63,950 nucleotides of DNA from assembly GCA_027592135.1 (NCBI GenBank), contig JAQCIJ010000002.1, forward strand, positions 1 through 63,950, in the 5' to 3' direction. The position numbers were made by a program, and so were the translations under genes. Positions within the stretch are counted from its first letter, which is position 1; each line of letters begins with the position of its first letter. The notes beneath the pieces are model-generated. The model was not told the DNA's origin, searched no databases, and worked only from the letters and a program-made list of their open reading frames with translations. Source of the DNA: a bacterium. Its GTDB lineage: Bacteria; Patescibacteriota; Gracilibacteria; Peribacterales; Peribacteraceae. Below, one piece after another: positions 37,813 to 47,435 of the stretch.

Positions 37813-38852
37813 TCCCCTCCTTCTCCACCATCGTGCAACAAGATTTCGCGTATGCCTCTGGGCGCACTGGTGTCCTGCAGCAGTTATTGCTGACAGCAAG
37901 TGATAGAGATCGTTTGCTCGGAGCAACGAGCCTAAAAGAAGCAGAAGCTATTCTTACAGAACTAAGACTTACCAACCCGATAGATCAAGGACTCGAAAAG
38001 AGTGACGAGATTTTACGTGCTATCGGAGCTTGGGTACGAGAGGAGGTAGATACAATGGCTCCAGCCAACAAGCGTCCTACGTTTCATATTCTCTGGCTAG
38101 AAGAAGATGCTCCTGTACTTTCGTATCTTCTAAAAAAGCATCACGGTCTGACATCAGCCATCAGCTCTCAACCACAAAGTAGAATGACTGCCTATAGTAC
38201 AAAAGCTCTCCAATCGCTTGTCGAAGAAGATATAGCAGGATCCATCCCCTCACACCTTACTGCGTTTGTAAAAACCATAAAAAACCAGCGCGGAGGGATA
38301 CATCGCAGTGATCAGTGGAAACCAGAAGAGATTGATAATGCAGTATCGAAATACGTTGCATCGTTGCAGCTCTCTCTTGCTCGTGCAAGTGGATCGAAAG
38401 CACTACGCACATACGTAGAGCATAAAATTGACCTCACAAATATTCGGACTGCATTACGAGTAAAAAGTGATGAGTCACGCATCACGCATCACTCATCACT
38501 TCTTCAAGGTGGGACTATAGATCTACAGAAAAAACTTGGAAACCCCGAAGCAATTGCAAAAGCTATAGATAGATCCGATCTTCCAAACACCATTGCCGAA
38601 GTAATCCGAAATACAAATGATGATTCAACAGTACTGGAACATGCACTCAGCAAAGTTATCGCAAATGACATCGCACACATGTGGAACATTCCTCTGAGCA
38701 TCGAACCCGTATTTGCATTTGCCGCTCTTGCCCAAAGCCAAATAAGACTCCTCAGAGTATTACTGATTGGTAAACGTGCGAATATGAGCCCTCAAGAAAT
38801 TAAACATATGCTTCCGCCATTTTTGTCCGCTTCGCATTACGTTCTCTCATGA
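37809..38852 (+). CDS. ntpC: V/A-type ATPase subunit C (d)
   Basis: 347 aa. DFAYASGRTGVLQQLLL, with helical repeats. Operon position also fits. Confidence 0.8.
   Translation: MIPSFSTIVQQDFAYASGRTGVLQQLLLTASDRDRLLGATSLKEAEAILTELRLTNPIDQGLEKSDEILRAIGAWVREEVDTMAPANKRPTFHILWLEEDAPVLSYLLKKHHGLTSAISSQPQSRMTAYSTKALQSLVEEDIAGSIPSHLTAFVKTIKNQRGGIHRSDQWKPEEIDNAVSKYVASLQLSLARASGSKALRTYVEHKIDLTNIRTALRVKSDESRITHHSSLLQGGTIDLQKKLGNPEAIAKAIDRSDLPNTIAEVIRNTNDDSTVLEHALSKVIANDIAHMWNIPLSIEPVFAFAALAQSQIRLLRVLLIGKRANMSPQEIKHMLPPFLSASHYVLS
38474..38501. repeat. CATCACG-family heptamer array (x4), coding RITHHSSL
   Basis: Reads gtcacgc atcacgc atcactc atcactt inside subunit C. Confidence 0.9.
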
Positions 38853-39199
38853 AATACAAGACCGCAATCGTCGGCTCACGCGATGCAGTAGCAGGATTCT
38901 CTCTGCTCGGTGTAGACATCGTTCCTGTAGACACACCAAAGGAAGCAATAGAACAATTGTTAAGACTTAAAAAAGAACGACGTGAAGACGAACGCGGTAT
39001 CGAAGTAAACACCTACGCAATTGTCTTTATAACAGAAGACCTCGCTGGCGGCATTTCTCCAGATGACGAAAAGAAACTCGCCAAAGGGGCCCTCCCCGCT
39101 ATTATCCCTCTCCCTTCTCACCAAGGAGCTACTGGTTACGGTTTACAGCGCCTTAGGCGCATAGTCGAACGTGCAGTAGGTTCTGATATTTTGCAATAA
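38849..39199 (+). CDS. ntpG: V/A-type ATPase subunit F
   Basis: 116 aa. [23 protein letters not shown] is typical of subunit F. Confidence 0.8.
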   Translation: MKYKTAIVGSRDAVAGFSLLGVDIVPVDTPKEAIEQLLRLKKERREDERGIEVNTYAIVFITEDLAGGISPDDEKKLAKGALPAIIPLPSHQGATGYGLQRLRRIVERAVGSDILQ

Positions 39200-39215
39200 T
39201 TTTCCCACTCCTATC

Positions 39216-40979
39216 ATGTCGAAAGACGCCACCATTACCAAAGTCGCAGGACCTCTCGTTGTTGCCAACGGAATGAGCAATGCAAAAATGTACGAGGTTG
39301 TAAAAGTTAGCAAAGAACGTCTCATCGGTGAGGTTATCGAACTGCACGGTGAAGAGGCATCTATTCAGGTATACGAAGAGACCTCTGGAATCGGTCCAGG
39401 TGAACCTGTCGAACTTACCGGACTTACACTCTCTGTAGAACTTGCCCCTGGTCTTCTCACTTCTATTTACGATGGTATTCAGCGACCACTAGAGCTCATC
39501 GAAAAAAAAACACAAAGCCCATTTATTACGCGTGGTATCGAAGTTCCAGCTCTTAGTAGAACTGCTAAGTGGGACTTTACTGCAACTGTGGCTGTCGGTG
39601 ACGAGGTGTCAGGTGGCGACATTCTTGGAACTGTTCCAGAAACTGTGCTGATCGAACACAAAGTGATGGTTCCTCCAAATGTAAGTGGAACAATCGTCGA
39701 AATTCATTCTGGAAACTTCACAATTGAAGAAACTATTGCAGTGATCGAAGACGAAACAACGAAACAACGAACAAACGTATCCATGTTACAAAAATGGCCA
39801 ATTCGTATTCCACGCCCTGTAAAAGGAAAACTGATTCCAAACGAACCACTTATTACAGGAATGCGCGTATTGGATATGCTCTTCCCTATTGCTCGTGGAG
39901 GGTCTGGAGCTATTCCTGGTCCATTCGGAGCTGGTAAAACTGTGACTCAGCAATCTCTTGCGAAGTACTGTAACGCGCAGGTGATTGTGTACATCGGTTG
40001 TGGAGAGCGAGGAAACGAGATGACAGAAGTGCTTACGGAGTTTCCACACCTTAAAGATCCAAACTCTGGAGAGCCACTGATGAAACGCACAATCATGATC
40101 GCCAACACTTCAAACATGCCAGTGGCAGCACGTGAAGCATCTGTGTACACCGGTATTACCATCGCAGAATACTACCGCGATATGGGATACGATGTTGCGC
40201 TGATGGCCGACTCTACTTCTCGTTGGGCAGAGGCTATGCGTGAGATGTCTGGTCGTCTGGAAGAAATGCCAGGAGAAGAAGGATACCCTGCGTATCTTGG
40301 ATCTCGCACAGCAGGATTCTACGAGCGTGCGGGTATTGTGGAGTGTGCAGGAAGCGACAACCGAAGAGGATCACTCTCCGTAATTGGTGCAGTGTCCCCT
40401 CCTGGTGGAGACTTCTCCGAGCCTGTGACACAAAACACTCTGCGTGTGACAAAAGTATTCTGGGCTCTTGATGCAAAACTTGCGTACAAGCGTCACTTCC
40501 CAGCAATCAACTGGCTACAGAGCTACTCACTCTACACAGATAACCTCGAAGGATGGTACGGAAAAGAAGTTGCAGAAGACTTCCCTACTAATCGCAGACG
40601 AGCACAGAAAATACTACAAGATGAAAGTACATTAGAAGAAATCGTGCGCCTTGTTGGTATGGATGCACTCTCTCCAAAAGAGCAGCTGACTATGGAAACT
40701 GCACGCATGATTCGTGAAGACTTCTTATACCAAAATGGATTCGACCCAGTAGACGCCTACTCTTCTCTCCAAAAGCAATACCGTCTTCTCAAATCTATTC
40801 TTACCTTTGCAGATATTGCAGAACCTATCATTACACAGGAAGACTTCGACTTTAAGCGTTTACAAGAACTTCCGGTAAAAGAAGAGATTGCTCAAGCGAG
40901 TTTTATTCCAGAAGAAGAAGTAGAAAGCCACTTCGACAAACTTGATGAAACTATCCGCTCCCAGATTTCCTCTCTTTAA
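39216..40979 (+). CDS. ntpA: V/A-type ATPase catalytic subunit A
   Basis: P-loop [46 protein letters not shown]-type motifs, and the characteristic non-homologous region. Confidence 0.95.
   Translation: MSKDATITKVAGPLVVANGMSNAKMYEVVKVSKERLIGEVIELHGEEASIQVYEETSGIGPGEPVELTGLTLSVELAPGLLTSIYDGIQRPLELIEKKTQSPFITRGIEVPALSRTAKWDFTATVAVGDEVSGGDILGTVPETVLIEHKVMVPPNVSGTIVEIHSGNFTIEETIAVIEDETTKQRTNVSMLQKWPIRIPRPVKGKLIPNEPLITGMRVLDMLFPIARGGSGAIPGPFGAGKTVTQQSLAKYCNAQVIVYIGCGERGNEMTEVLTEFPHLKDPNSGEPLMKRTIMIANTSNMPVAAREASVYTGITIAEYYRDMGYDVALMADSTSRWAEAMREMSGRLEEMPGEEGYPAYLGSRTAGFYERAGIVECAGSDNRRGSLSVIGAVSPPGGDFSEPVTQNTLRVTKVFWALDAKLAYKRHFPAINWLQSYSLYTDNLEGWYGKEVAEDFPTNRRRAQKILQDESTLEEIVRLVGMDALSPKEQLTMETARMIREDFLYQNGFDPVDAYSSLQKQYRLLKSILTFADIAEPIITQEDFDFKRLQELPVKEEIAQASFIPEEEVESHFDKLDETIRSQISSL
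39751..39777. repeat. (ACGAAACA)x3 octamer array, coding
   Basis: Reads acgaaaca acgaaaca acgaacaa acg inside subunit A (DETTKQRTN), just before the conserved WPIR segment. Confidence 0.85.
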
Positions 40980-40980
40980 C

Positions 40981-41013
40981 CCTAATTCCTAACTACTAGT
41001 CCCTAACCCCTAA
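40981..41013. repeat. CCTAA-rich degenerate heptamer block in the A-B spacer
   Basis: Reads cctaatt cctaact actagt ccctaac ccctaat. It runs up to the subunit B start. Confidence 0.6.
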
Positions 41014-41017
41014 TACA

Positions 41018-42442
41018 ATGTCTACCGCTTACAAAACTGTTCACGACATCGCCGGTCCACTCCTTATGGTAAGGGACGTGGAAGGTGTGACATATGATGA
41101 ACTCTGCGAGATCGAACTTACCGATGGCTCTAAGCGTCTTGGTAAAGTTCTTGAGTCCAAGGAAGGTCTTGCTGTTGTTCAGCTCTTTGAGTCCGCCCAG
41201 GGTGCTACCACAGAAGGAACCAAAGTCCGCTTTCTTGGCCGATCATTCGAACTCGGCGTCTCTGAGGATATGCTTGGGCGTATCTTTAATGGATCCGGAA
41301 AACCAATGGACAATGGCCCAGAGCTGGTTCCAGAAAAAAAGCTCGATATTAACGGTGCACCAATTAACCCAGCATCGCGTGAGTTCCCTGATGACTTTAT
41401 CCAGACAGGTATCTCTACGATCGATGTACTCAACACACTTGTCCGAGGACAGAAACTTCCGATCTTCTCTGGAGCTGGTCTCCCTCACGCGCAACTTGCA
41501 GCGCAAATTGCTCGTCAGGCACGTGTACTCACAGAAAGCGAGGTGGCAGACGGAAAAGGAGCAGCAACAGTAGAGACTGATGATAAGTTTGCTGTGGTAT
41601 TTGCCGCGATGGGAGTGACATTCGAAGAAGCACAGTTCTTTAAAAACGAGTTTGAAAAGACAGGAGCACTCAGCCGCGCGGTTCTCTTCCTTAATACTGC
41701 AGATAACCCAGTAGCAGAACGTATCGCTACTCCTCGCTTAGCCCTTACTGCAGCCGAGTACCTTGCATACGAAAAAGACTACCACGTAACGGTGATCATT
41801 ACGGATATGACCAACTACTGTGAAGCGCTTCGAGAAATCTCTGCTGCACGAAAAGAAGTTCCCGGTCGACGTGGTTACCCAGGTTACCTCTATACAGACC
41901 TTGCAACGTTATACGAGCGAGCTGGACGCATTAAAGGAAAGAAAGGTTCCATTACACAGATTCCTATTCTAACAATGCCGGAAGATGATGTAACGCACCC
42001 AATCCCAGACCTAACAGGATACATCACCGAAGGACAGATCCGTCTCGATCGCTCCCTCCACCAAAAAGCAATCTACCCACCGGTTATCCCTATGGGATCT
42101 CTCTCACGTCTTAAGGGTAAGGCACAAGGAGAAGGTGTGACGCGAGAAGATCACTCCGGAATGGATGCGCAGCTTACAGCAGCGTACGCCCGTGGAGTAG
42201 AAGTCCGTGAGCTTGCTGTGATCTTAGGAGAGTCTTCTCTCTCAGATACTGACAAGGCGTACCTCAAGTTTGCAGATCGATTTGAAAAAGAATTCATCAC
42301 ACAGTCAGAAGGTGAAAACCGTTCGATCTTCCAGTCTCTCGACATTGGTTGGGATCTTCTCAAAGAACTTCCACGGTCAGAGCTCAAGCGTGTGAAGCCT
42401 GCACAGATTGATACGTACATGAAATCTACAGTAGCTGCGTAA
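41018..42442 (+). CDS. ntpB: V/A-type ATPase subunit B
   Basis: [18 protein letters not shown], and [21 protein letters not shown]. Confidence 0.95.
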   Translation: MSTAYKTVHDIAGPLLMVRDVEGVTYDELCEIELTDGSKRLGKVLESKEGLAVVQLFESAQGATTEGTKVRFLGRSFELGVSEDMLGRIFNGSGKPMDNGPELVPEKKLDINGAPINPASREFPDDFIQTGISTIDVLNTLVRGQKLPIFSGAGLPHAQLAAQIARQARVLTESEVADGKGAATVETDDKFAVVFAAMGVTFEEAQFFKNEFEKTGALSRAVLFLNTADNPVAERIATPRLALTAAEYLAYEKDYHVTVIITDMTNYCEALREISAARKEVPGRRGYPGYLYTDLATLYERAGRIKGKKGSITQIPILTMPEDDVTHPIPDLTGYITEGQIRLDRSLHQKAIYPPVIPMGSLSRLKGKAQGEGVTREDHSGMDAQLTAAYARGVEVRELAVILGESSLSDTDKAYLKFADRFEKEFITQSEGENRSIFQSLDIGWDLLKELPRSELKRVKPAQIDTYMKSTVAA

Positions 42443-43210
42443 ATGACTACCTCTCCATTTTTACTCATCGGCACCGCATGGAGCTTTTACAAGAAGCAAC
42501 CAGTACTCAACGAAATCGCCTTCTGGATGATCTTTGTTCCTATGGGTTTCATGGATGCAATTAGTGGAATGGTTGGAATAGTAGAAAAGCAAGAAATAGA
42601 AGGTGGTCTTCCTCTCGCTTCATACACTGCAATGGAAATAGCGCTTATTATCCCACTACTCGTCGCACTGTTCTTTTTTCTCTTCTGGGGACAGGCATGC
42701 GTGCTTACGGTCGCTAAGCGCCTTGTAAGCAGCCCTGCTGGACGTAACCGCACATCCTTTAAAGCGGTACGCAAAGAGGCGTACAAGTTTATAGGGCCTC
42801 TTGCCTTACTCGAGATCCTTCGCGGTATTCTTACATTACTATGGGCAATACTTTTGATTATCCCTGGTATTACCTACTCTGTACGAACGATCTTCTACGA
42901 CATCATGTTGATCGAAGACGGCAAAGTTGCCTACGGTCGACCAGTGCTCAATAAGAGTATCGACTTTGTTAAAGGACGAACATGGACAGTCCTCGGGACT
43001 CTTCTCCTCGTCTCTCTCTGTATCTTCATTCCTGTTGGAATAATTGATGCAACCATTAAGGAAGTCGCTACAACTATCGACCCAAGACTCGACACACTTG
43101 CCGCAGTCCTTGCAGACTTTGTAGATGCCTTTGCCGGTGTCTTCTTTATGATTTGTACGGTAGCGTTCTATAGTGAATTGAAAAAGACCCCTAACCCATC
43201 CAATACGTAA
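42443..43210 (+). CDS. Polytopic membrane protein of unknown function embedded in the V-ATPase operon
   Basis: 255 aa with about 5-6 hydrophobic helices. Its start abuts the subunit B stop (taaATG), and its stop lies 1 nt before the subunit D ATG. Confidence 0.6.
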   Translation: MTTSPFLLIGTAWSFYKKQPVLNEIAFWMIFVPMGFMDAISGMVGIVEKQEIEGGLPLASYTAMEIALIIPLLVALFFFLFWGQACVLTVAKRLVSSPAGRNRTSFKAVRKEAYKFIGPLALLEILRGILTLLWAILLIIPGITYSVRTIFYDIMLIEDGKVAYGRPVLNKSIDFVKGRTWTVLGTLLLVSLCIFIPVGIIDATIKEVATTIDPRLDTLAAVLADFVDAFAGVFFMICTVAFYSELKKTPNPSNT

Positions 43211-43211
43211 T

Positions 43212-43832
43212 ATGGCATTAATTAATGTAAATCCTACTAGAATGGCACTCATGGATCTCAAACGCAGACACAAGTCTGCGAAGCGTGGTCACAAGCTGCT
43301 TAAGGACAAGCAAGACGGTCTGATGCAGCAGTTTATGGGTATCATTAAGCAGGCAAAAGCTTTGCGTGAAGAAGTAGAGGAAGAACTCGGAAACGTGTTT
43401 AAGAAATTCCTCGCAGCATCTGCATGGATGACTGATGCACAATTGCAAAATGCACTCAGTAGCCCACAAGCAAAAATCGAACTCGAAGTAGAAACCAAGA
43501 GTGTGATGAGTGTAAAGATTCCAAGCTTTACCATCTCAAAAGAAGGAACCATTACGTCCTACGGATACGCCGGAACCAACGCCATGTTCGATGAAGCTGT
43601 CGAAGCTCTAGAACAAGTATTCGAAGTACTGATCAACCTCGCACAGATCGAGAAGCAAGCGGAGGCAATGGCTATTGAACTTGAAACGACACGTCGTCGT
43701 GTAAACGCTCTAGAGCACAAGATGATCCCCGATCTTGAACAGACCGTGAAGTACATCAAAATGAAACTTGATGAATCGGAACGTGCAGGAATCATTGCGA
43801 CCATGCGTATCAAAGCTTCTTTACAGGAATAG
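43212..43832 (+). CDS. ntpD: V/A-type ATPase subunit D
   Basis: NVNPTRMALMDLKRRHKSAKRGHKLLKDKQD, and a C-terminal helix with RRRVNALE. Confidence 0.9.
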   Translation: MALINVNPTRMALMDLKRRHKSAKRGHKLLKDKQDGLMQQFMGIIKQAKALREEVEEELGNVFKKFLAASAWMTDAQLQNALSSPQAKIELEVETKSVMSVKIPSFTISKEGTITSYGYAGTNAMFDEAVEALEQVFEVLINLAQIEKQAEAMAIELETTRRRVNALEHKMIPDLEQTVKYIKMKLDESERAGIIATMRIKASLQE

Positions 43833-44430
43833 GCTTTCCATACCAAATAATCAATGCAGCGATGATAGATCCTGCAAGATTTGAGACAAGATCCCATGAA
43901 GTATTCATGTATCCACCAACATTAGTGTGTGGAATAATAAGTACTGCAAAGAATTCGATAATTTCATTAAAAGCACCAAGACCATTTGCAGCAAGAACTG
44001 CAACAACGATCTCCGATGGATGCTCTTTGTTGCCATGTATAAGTGGGCAAAGCACCTGCCAAATTACCCACGTACAAATCGCAAACCCGTACATGTGTAC
44101 GAGTTGATCGTACTTAAAGAGGTGAGGAATCAACCAGAGGCTATACAACACTGTGCTGTCACCATTGTGTGGCCAACTCTCAGGAATAGACACGAGCCCT
44201 CCTAACATATGTATGAGTCCCCACGCAGCAAGCGTCCACAGAACACCTGTAGAAAACTGCACTCTTCGATGCACAGCTTTTACAAACAGAGCGAGCAGTA
44301 ACACAACAACCACATAAAATACAAACTCCCAGTTGCCCCTGTTCCAAGAAAGCACCGATGCTATAGCAAGATAACTAAAGACAAATAGTGATACCGCACG
44401 TTCCGCAGATGTAGAAGCGTGATTAGACAT
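43810..44430 (-). CDS. Membrane protein, possibly DUF2238 (YjdF-like)
   Basis: 206 aa, polytopic. FKYDQLVHMYGF and GAFNEIIEFF...TSWDLVSNLAG resemble the family by pattern. Confidence 0.4.
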   Translation of the reverse strand: MSNHASTSAERAVSLFVFSYLAIASVLSWNRGNWEFVFYVVVVLLLALFVKAVHRRVQFSTGVLWTLAAWGLIHMLGGLVSIPESWPHNGDSTVLYSLWLIPHLFKYDQLVHMYGFAICTWVIWQVLCPLIHGNKEHPSEIVVAVLAANGLGAFNEIIEFFAVLIIPHTNVGGYMNTSWDLVSNLAGSIIAALIIWYGKPIPVKKL

Positions 44431-44470
44431 TACAAATACGATATACCTCTCTAGTAGAGATAATCAATAA

Positions 44471-44812
44471 TTAGGCCACTGCCTTCACGACAGCTGCAAA
44501 CACCTTAGGGTCGTTTACGGCAAGCTCGGAGAGTGCCTTGCGGTCGAGTCCTACGTTCTTATCTTTAAGGGCTTTGATAAAGCGTGAGTAGTTTAAACCA
44601 TGCTCTGCAACAGCTGCGTTAATACGCGTAATCCAAAGAGCGCGGAATGTGCGCTTCTTCTTTTTTCGGTCGATGTATGAGTGCTGACCTGCCTTCATGA
44701 TAGCCTGGTTAGCCATCTTAAAGGTTGAGTTACGCATCCCACGAAACCCCTTCGCAAGCTTGCGAATCTTCTTGTGGCGCCGACTGCGAACGAAACCTGT
44801 TTTTACGCGCAT
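44471..44812 (-). CDS. rplT: 50S ribosomal protein L20
   Basis: MRVKTGFVRSRRHKKIRKLAKGFRG. Confidence 0.95.
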   Translation of the reverse strand: MRVKTGFVRSRRHKKIRKLAKGFRGMRNSTFKMANQAIMKAGQHSYIDRKKKKRTFRALWITRINAAVAEHGLNYSRFIKALKDKNVGLDRKALSELAVNDPKVFAAVVKAVA

Positions 44813-45007
44813 CTAGAGGTAGGGTAGGAGGGATTTAATCTTCTTCGTATCGCCTTTCTCGGTAACAAGAGTGCGGCTGAGGCTTTTTTGACGGGTACTC
44901 TTCTGTTGCAAAAGGTGATTTCGGCTGTTGCGTTTTACCGCTACTTTGCCAGAACCGGTCTTTTTAACCCGTTTCTTAGCGCCGCTGTGACTCTTCTGTT
45001 TAGGCAT
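44813..45007 (-). CDS. rpmI: 50S ribosomal protein L35
   Basis: MPKQKSHSGAKKRVKKTGSGK. Confidence 0.92.
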   Translation of the reverse strand: MPKQKSHSGAKKRVKKTGSGKVAVKRNSRNHLLQQKSTRQKSLSRTLVTEKGDTKKIKSLLPYL

Positions 45008-45094
45008 TTATGCTGAGTGATTAAAGTATCGGACGCAGTTTATAGGTAAAATCACCTTATTCAAGCAATTTAAGAGGAAAATATTGCTTTATTC

Positions 45095-45625
45095 CTACCC
45101 CTTCTCCCCTCTCTTTGGGCGAACGATGGCAGAAAACTGATTCCCTTGTACCCTCACCTCCTGTTCGACCTCAGAAACGTCCATCAGCTCTTTAACAAGT
45201 CCTGCAAGCTTCTGACGAGCATAGTCCTTGTTGGTCATCTCACGACCTCGCAAACGTACGACAAGCTTTACCAAGTGACGCTCGGAAAGGAACTCACGTG
45301 CTCTATCAAGGATACGGTCAAGGTCATGCTTTTCTGTACGGAAACTAAATCTCAGCATCTTTACCTCAGTCTGCTTATTATGAGCCTTTTGCTTCTGCTC
45401 CTTCTTCTGAAGCTGGTACATATATCGTCCAAAGTCTGTGATTTTAACTACAGGTGGATTTGCCTTCGGAGAGATCTCGATAAGGTCAGACTCTTCTTCC
45501 TGAGCACGAACAAGAGCTGCTGCTATGGTCATTATTTCGGATTTTTCATCATCAATAAGTAATACCTCTGGTGCACGGATTTCCTCGTTTATGCGTGGTC
45601 TCTTCTCCTTCTTCTTTACAGCGAT
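45095..45625 (-). CDS. infC: Translation initiation factor IF-3, probable non-AUG start
   Basis: The listed ORF starts at an internal Met. The same frame stays open upstream to the in-frame stop (TGA) at 45701-45703 and encodes the conserved N-terminal segment KRPRINEEIRAPEVLLIDDE with no ATG. Candidate starts are ATC 45623-45625 (giving about 176 aa) and CTG 45644-45646. Confidence 0.8.
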   Translation of the reverse strand: MAVKKKEKRPRINEEIRAPEVLLIDDEKSEIMTIAAALVRAQEEESDLIEISPKANPPVVKITDFGRYMYQLQKKEQKQKAHNKQTEVKMLRFSFRTEKHDLDRILDRAREFLSERHLVKLVVRLRGREMTNKDYARQKLAGLVKELMDVSEVEQEVRVQGNQFSAIVRPKRGEKG

Positions 45626-45772
45626 ATGTGTACGACGTTTCTGCAGAGTAGGTTTGGGGTAAAGGTAACAAAGGAAATTTGGCTCAAGAAAGGTATTCTG
45701 TCAAGAATGTTTGTTCGTTGCTTTGTTTTTTCACTGATTCGAACCAACGAAAAAACGATGCTTTCTATATAA

Positions 45773-46648
45773 TTATTTCGGGTCACTGAAGACTAAAAGT
45801 GTAAGTCGTAGACGCTGCCATTTCGGTGCATCTCCAGATTTCATTGATACCTCTTCGACAACCATAAGCTGTAGAGGCCAAAGTTTATACCCACTGAGTA
45901 TTTCTCCAAGATCACTGTGCAGAAGATTTTTTACCTCACGGAGTAATGATGTTCGTAGTACATTTTCAAACAAGTTCAAAAATGTTGCTGAGCTAAACGA
46001 ACGTCTCAGCTGCTCTTCATATGTCTTCGGGTTCTCTGCATAGCGCAGTAAGTCTGCTGAGAGAAATTGTTCGAGTGCGACAATACCGGATGGGTTTTCT
46101 TGTTCAATCCTATCAACCAACAGATCGATTTCTTGTGCGGTAAGCACGTCACCAATAGTAAGAAGTCCCGATAACTGAACAAGTAACATAATAGTTTTTA
46201 ATCCATCTTCGTGAGCAGCAAACTCTACAGATACGGTCCTCGACATAGAACCATCTTCACTCTTTAGAGGCTCAGAGATACTAAGATCAGACATTTCTGC
46301 AAGTAATCCATCACGAGTCAATACATCACGAATCACTTCGAATGTTGCAACAATACGACTCACGTTTGTCTCCTCTGGAAGTGCATACACTTCAATCTTC
46401 TCCTGCTGAGAACCCATGCGAGTAACTGAGTAAAGCTCTGTAAGTTCCATCTGTTGTGTAAGGGCTGCAAGCCTTCGTTCCATTTGTGGAAGCTGCCCAA
46501 CAATCGGGACAGAGATATCACGTACCTGAATAATCGTATGAATATGTGCATACAAAAGCGCACCAGTAATGACCATCATGCAAGACCCCACTCCAAAAAG
46601 TAGTATTGGGTGAAGGTTTGCCAATCGACGGAATGTAGTGCTTATCAT
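45773..46648 (-). CDS. Hypothetical bitopic membrane protein (TM plus coiled coil plus globular domain)
   Basis: 291 aa. N-terminal TM helix (ILLFGVGSCMMVITGALLYA), then a coiled coil. It is translationally coupled (ATGA) to the upstream ORF. Confidence 0.5.
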   Translation of the reverse strand: MISTTFRRLANLHPILLFGVGSCMMVITGALLYAHIHTIIQVRDISVPIVGQLPQMERRLAALTQQMELTELYSVTRMGSQQEKIEVYALPEETNVSRIVATFEVIRDVLTRDGLLAEMSDLSISEPLKSEDGSMSRTVSVEFAAHEDGLKTIMLLVQLSGLLTIGDVLTAQEIDLLVDRIEQENPSGIVALEQFLSADLLRYAENPKTYEEQLRRSFSSATFLNLFENVLRTSLLREVKNLLHSDLGEILSGYKLWPLQLMVVEEVSMKSGDAPKWQRLRLTLLVFSDPK

Positions 46649-47229
46649 CGAACGCGAATACGTAAAGTAAATGGAGAATAGAACGCACCATTTTCAGACT
46701 CTTGCCTGGTATAGCGAGAGGTCTCTACATTCAACACCATTGGGATCTGGCTAATATCTTCTACAAATTGTGCAAGCACTGTCATCGACCGTGGTCCTAC
46801 ATTCTGCACTCTTCCAAAGACTTCACCAGTCTTTGTCGCCGCATTAAATTCAAAACCAGAAATAGAGACAACATCTGTTCGACCTGGAAGTAGGTCAATC
46901 ATGACCTGTCGGATATCTTTACGTAATTCCTGAAACTCTAAGCGATCATTCTTTAACCCTTTTAGTCTCTCGTAAAGATCGTGATTTACCGGAAGTAGAA
47001 ATGATCCACGTTGATCTTCCAACGTAAGAATCTGCCCTTCGAGATTTGTCTTATAAGCCTTAAGTTCCTGAAGACCACGAACGGTCCCTCCAACGTCTAC
47101 CTGTGTGAGCTCTGGAACAAGAATGTACCAAGAGAGAGTGAGTAGTGCTGTGAGAACAATCGAAAACAAAAAGAATGAGAACGCTGTACGCTGAGCAATG
47201 TCGCCGAAACTATGTCGTTGTGTATTCAA
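46645..47229 (-). CDS. Hypothetical bitopic membrane protein, PilN/PilO-like architecture
   Basis: 194 aa. TM helix (FSFFLFSIVLTALLTLSWYIL), a coiled coil, then a small alpha/beta-looking C-terminal domain. Confidence 0.45.
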   Translation of the reverse strand: MNTQRHSFGDIAQRTAFSFFLFSIVLTALLTLSWYILVPELTQVDVGGTVRGLQELKAYKTNLEGQILTLEDQRGSFLLPVNHDLYERLKGLKNDRLEFQELRKDIRQVMIDLLPGRTDVVSISGFEFNAATKTGEVFGRVQNVGPRSMTVLAQFVEDISQIPMVLNVETSRYTRQESENGAFYSPFTLRIRVR

Positions 47230-47394
47230 GGTTTTTATATTGGTTTCCTCTCATTATAGCGCAAAAGTGTTATTTTTTCCATGGAGACAATTTGCAGAAT
47301 ATAGAAAATGTGTTGTAAAAAATTACAACAGACATAGCTGCTAGAGCCATAAACCGCTATAATAACTATGAAATCGCTTAGTGAGCCTTATGCA

Positions 47395-47422
47395 CTTTCC
47401 GCTTTCCGCTTTTCACTTCACT
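47395..47422. repeat. (CTTTCCG)-type heptamer array upstream of prfB
   Basis: Reads ctttccg ctttccg cttttca cttcact. The block cactttccg...ttttc(c)acttc.tcccc recurs at 51932-51959. Confidence 0.85.
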
Positions 47423-47435
47423 CCCCCCTTCCGCC

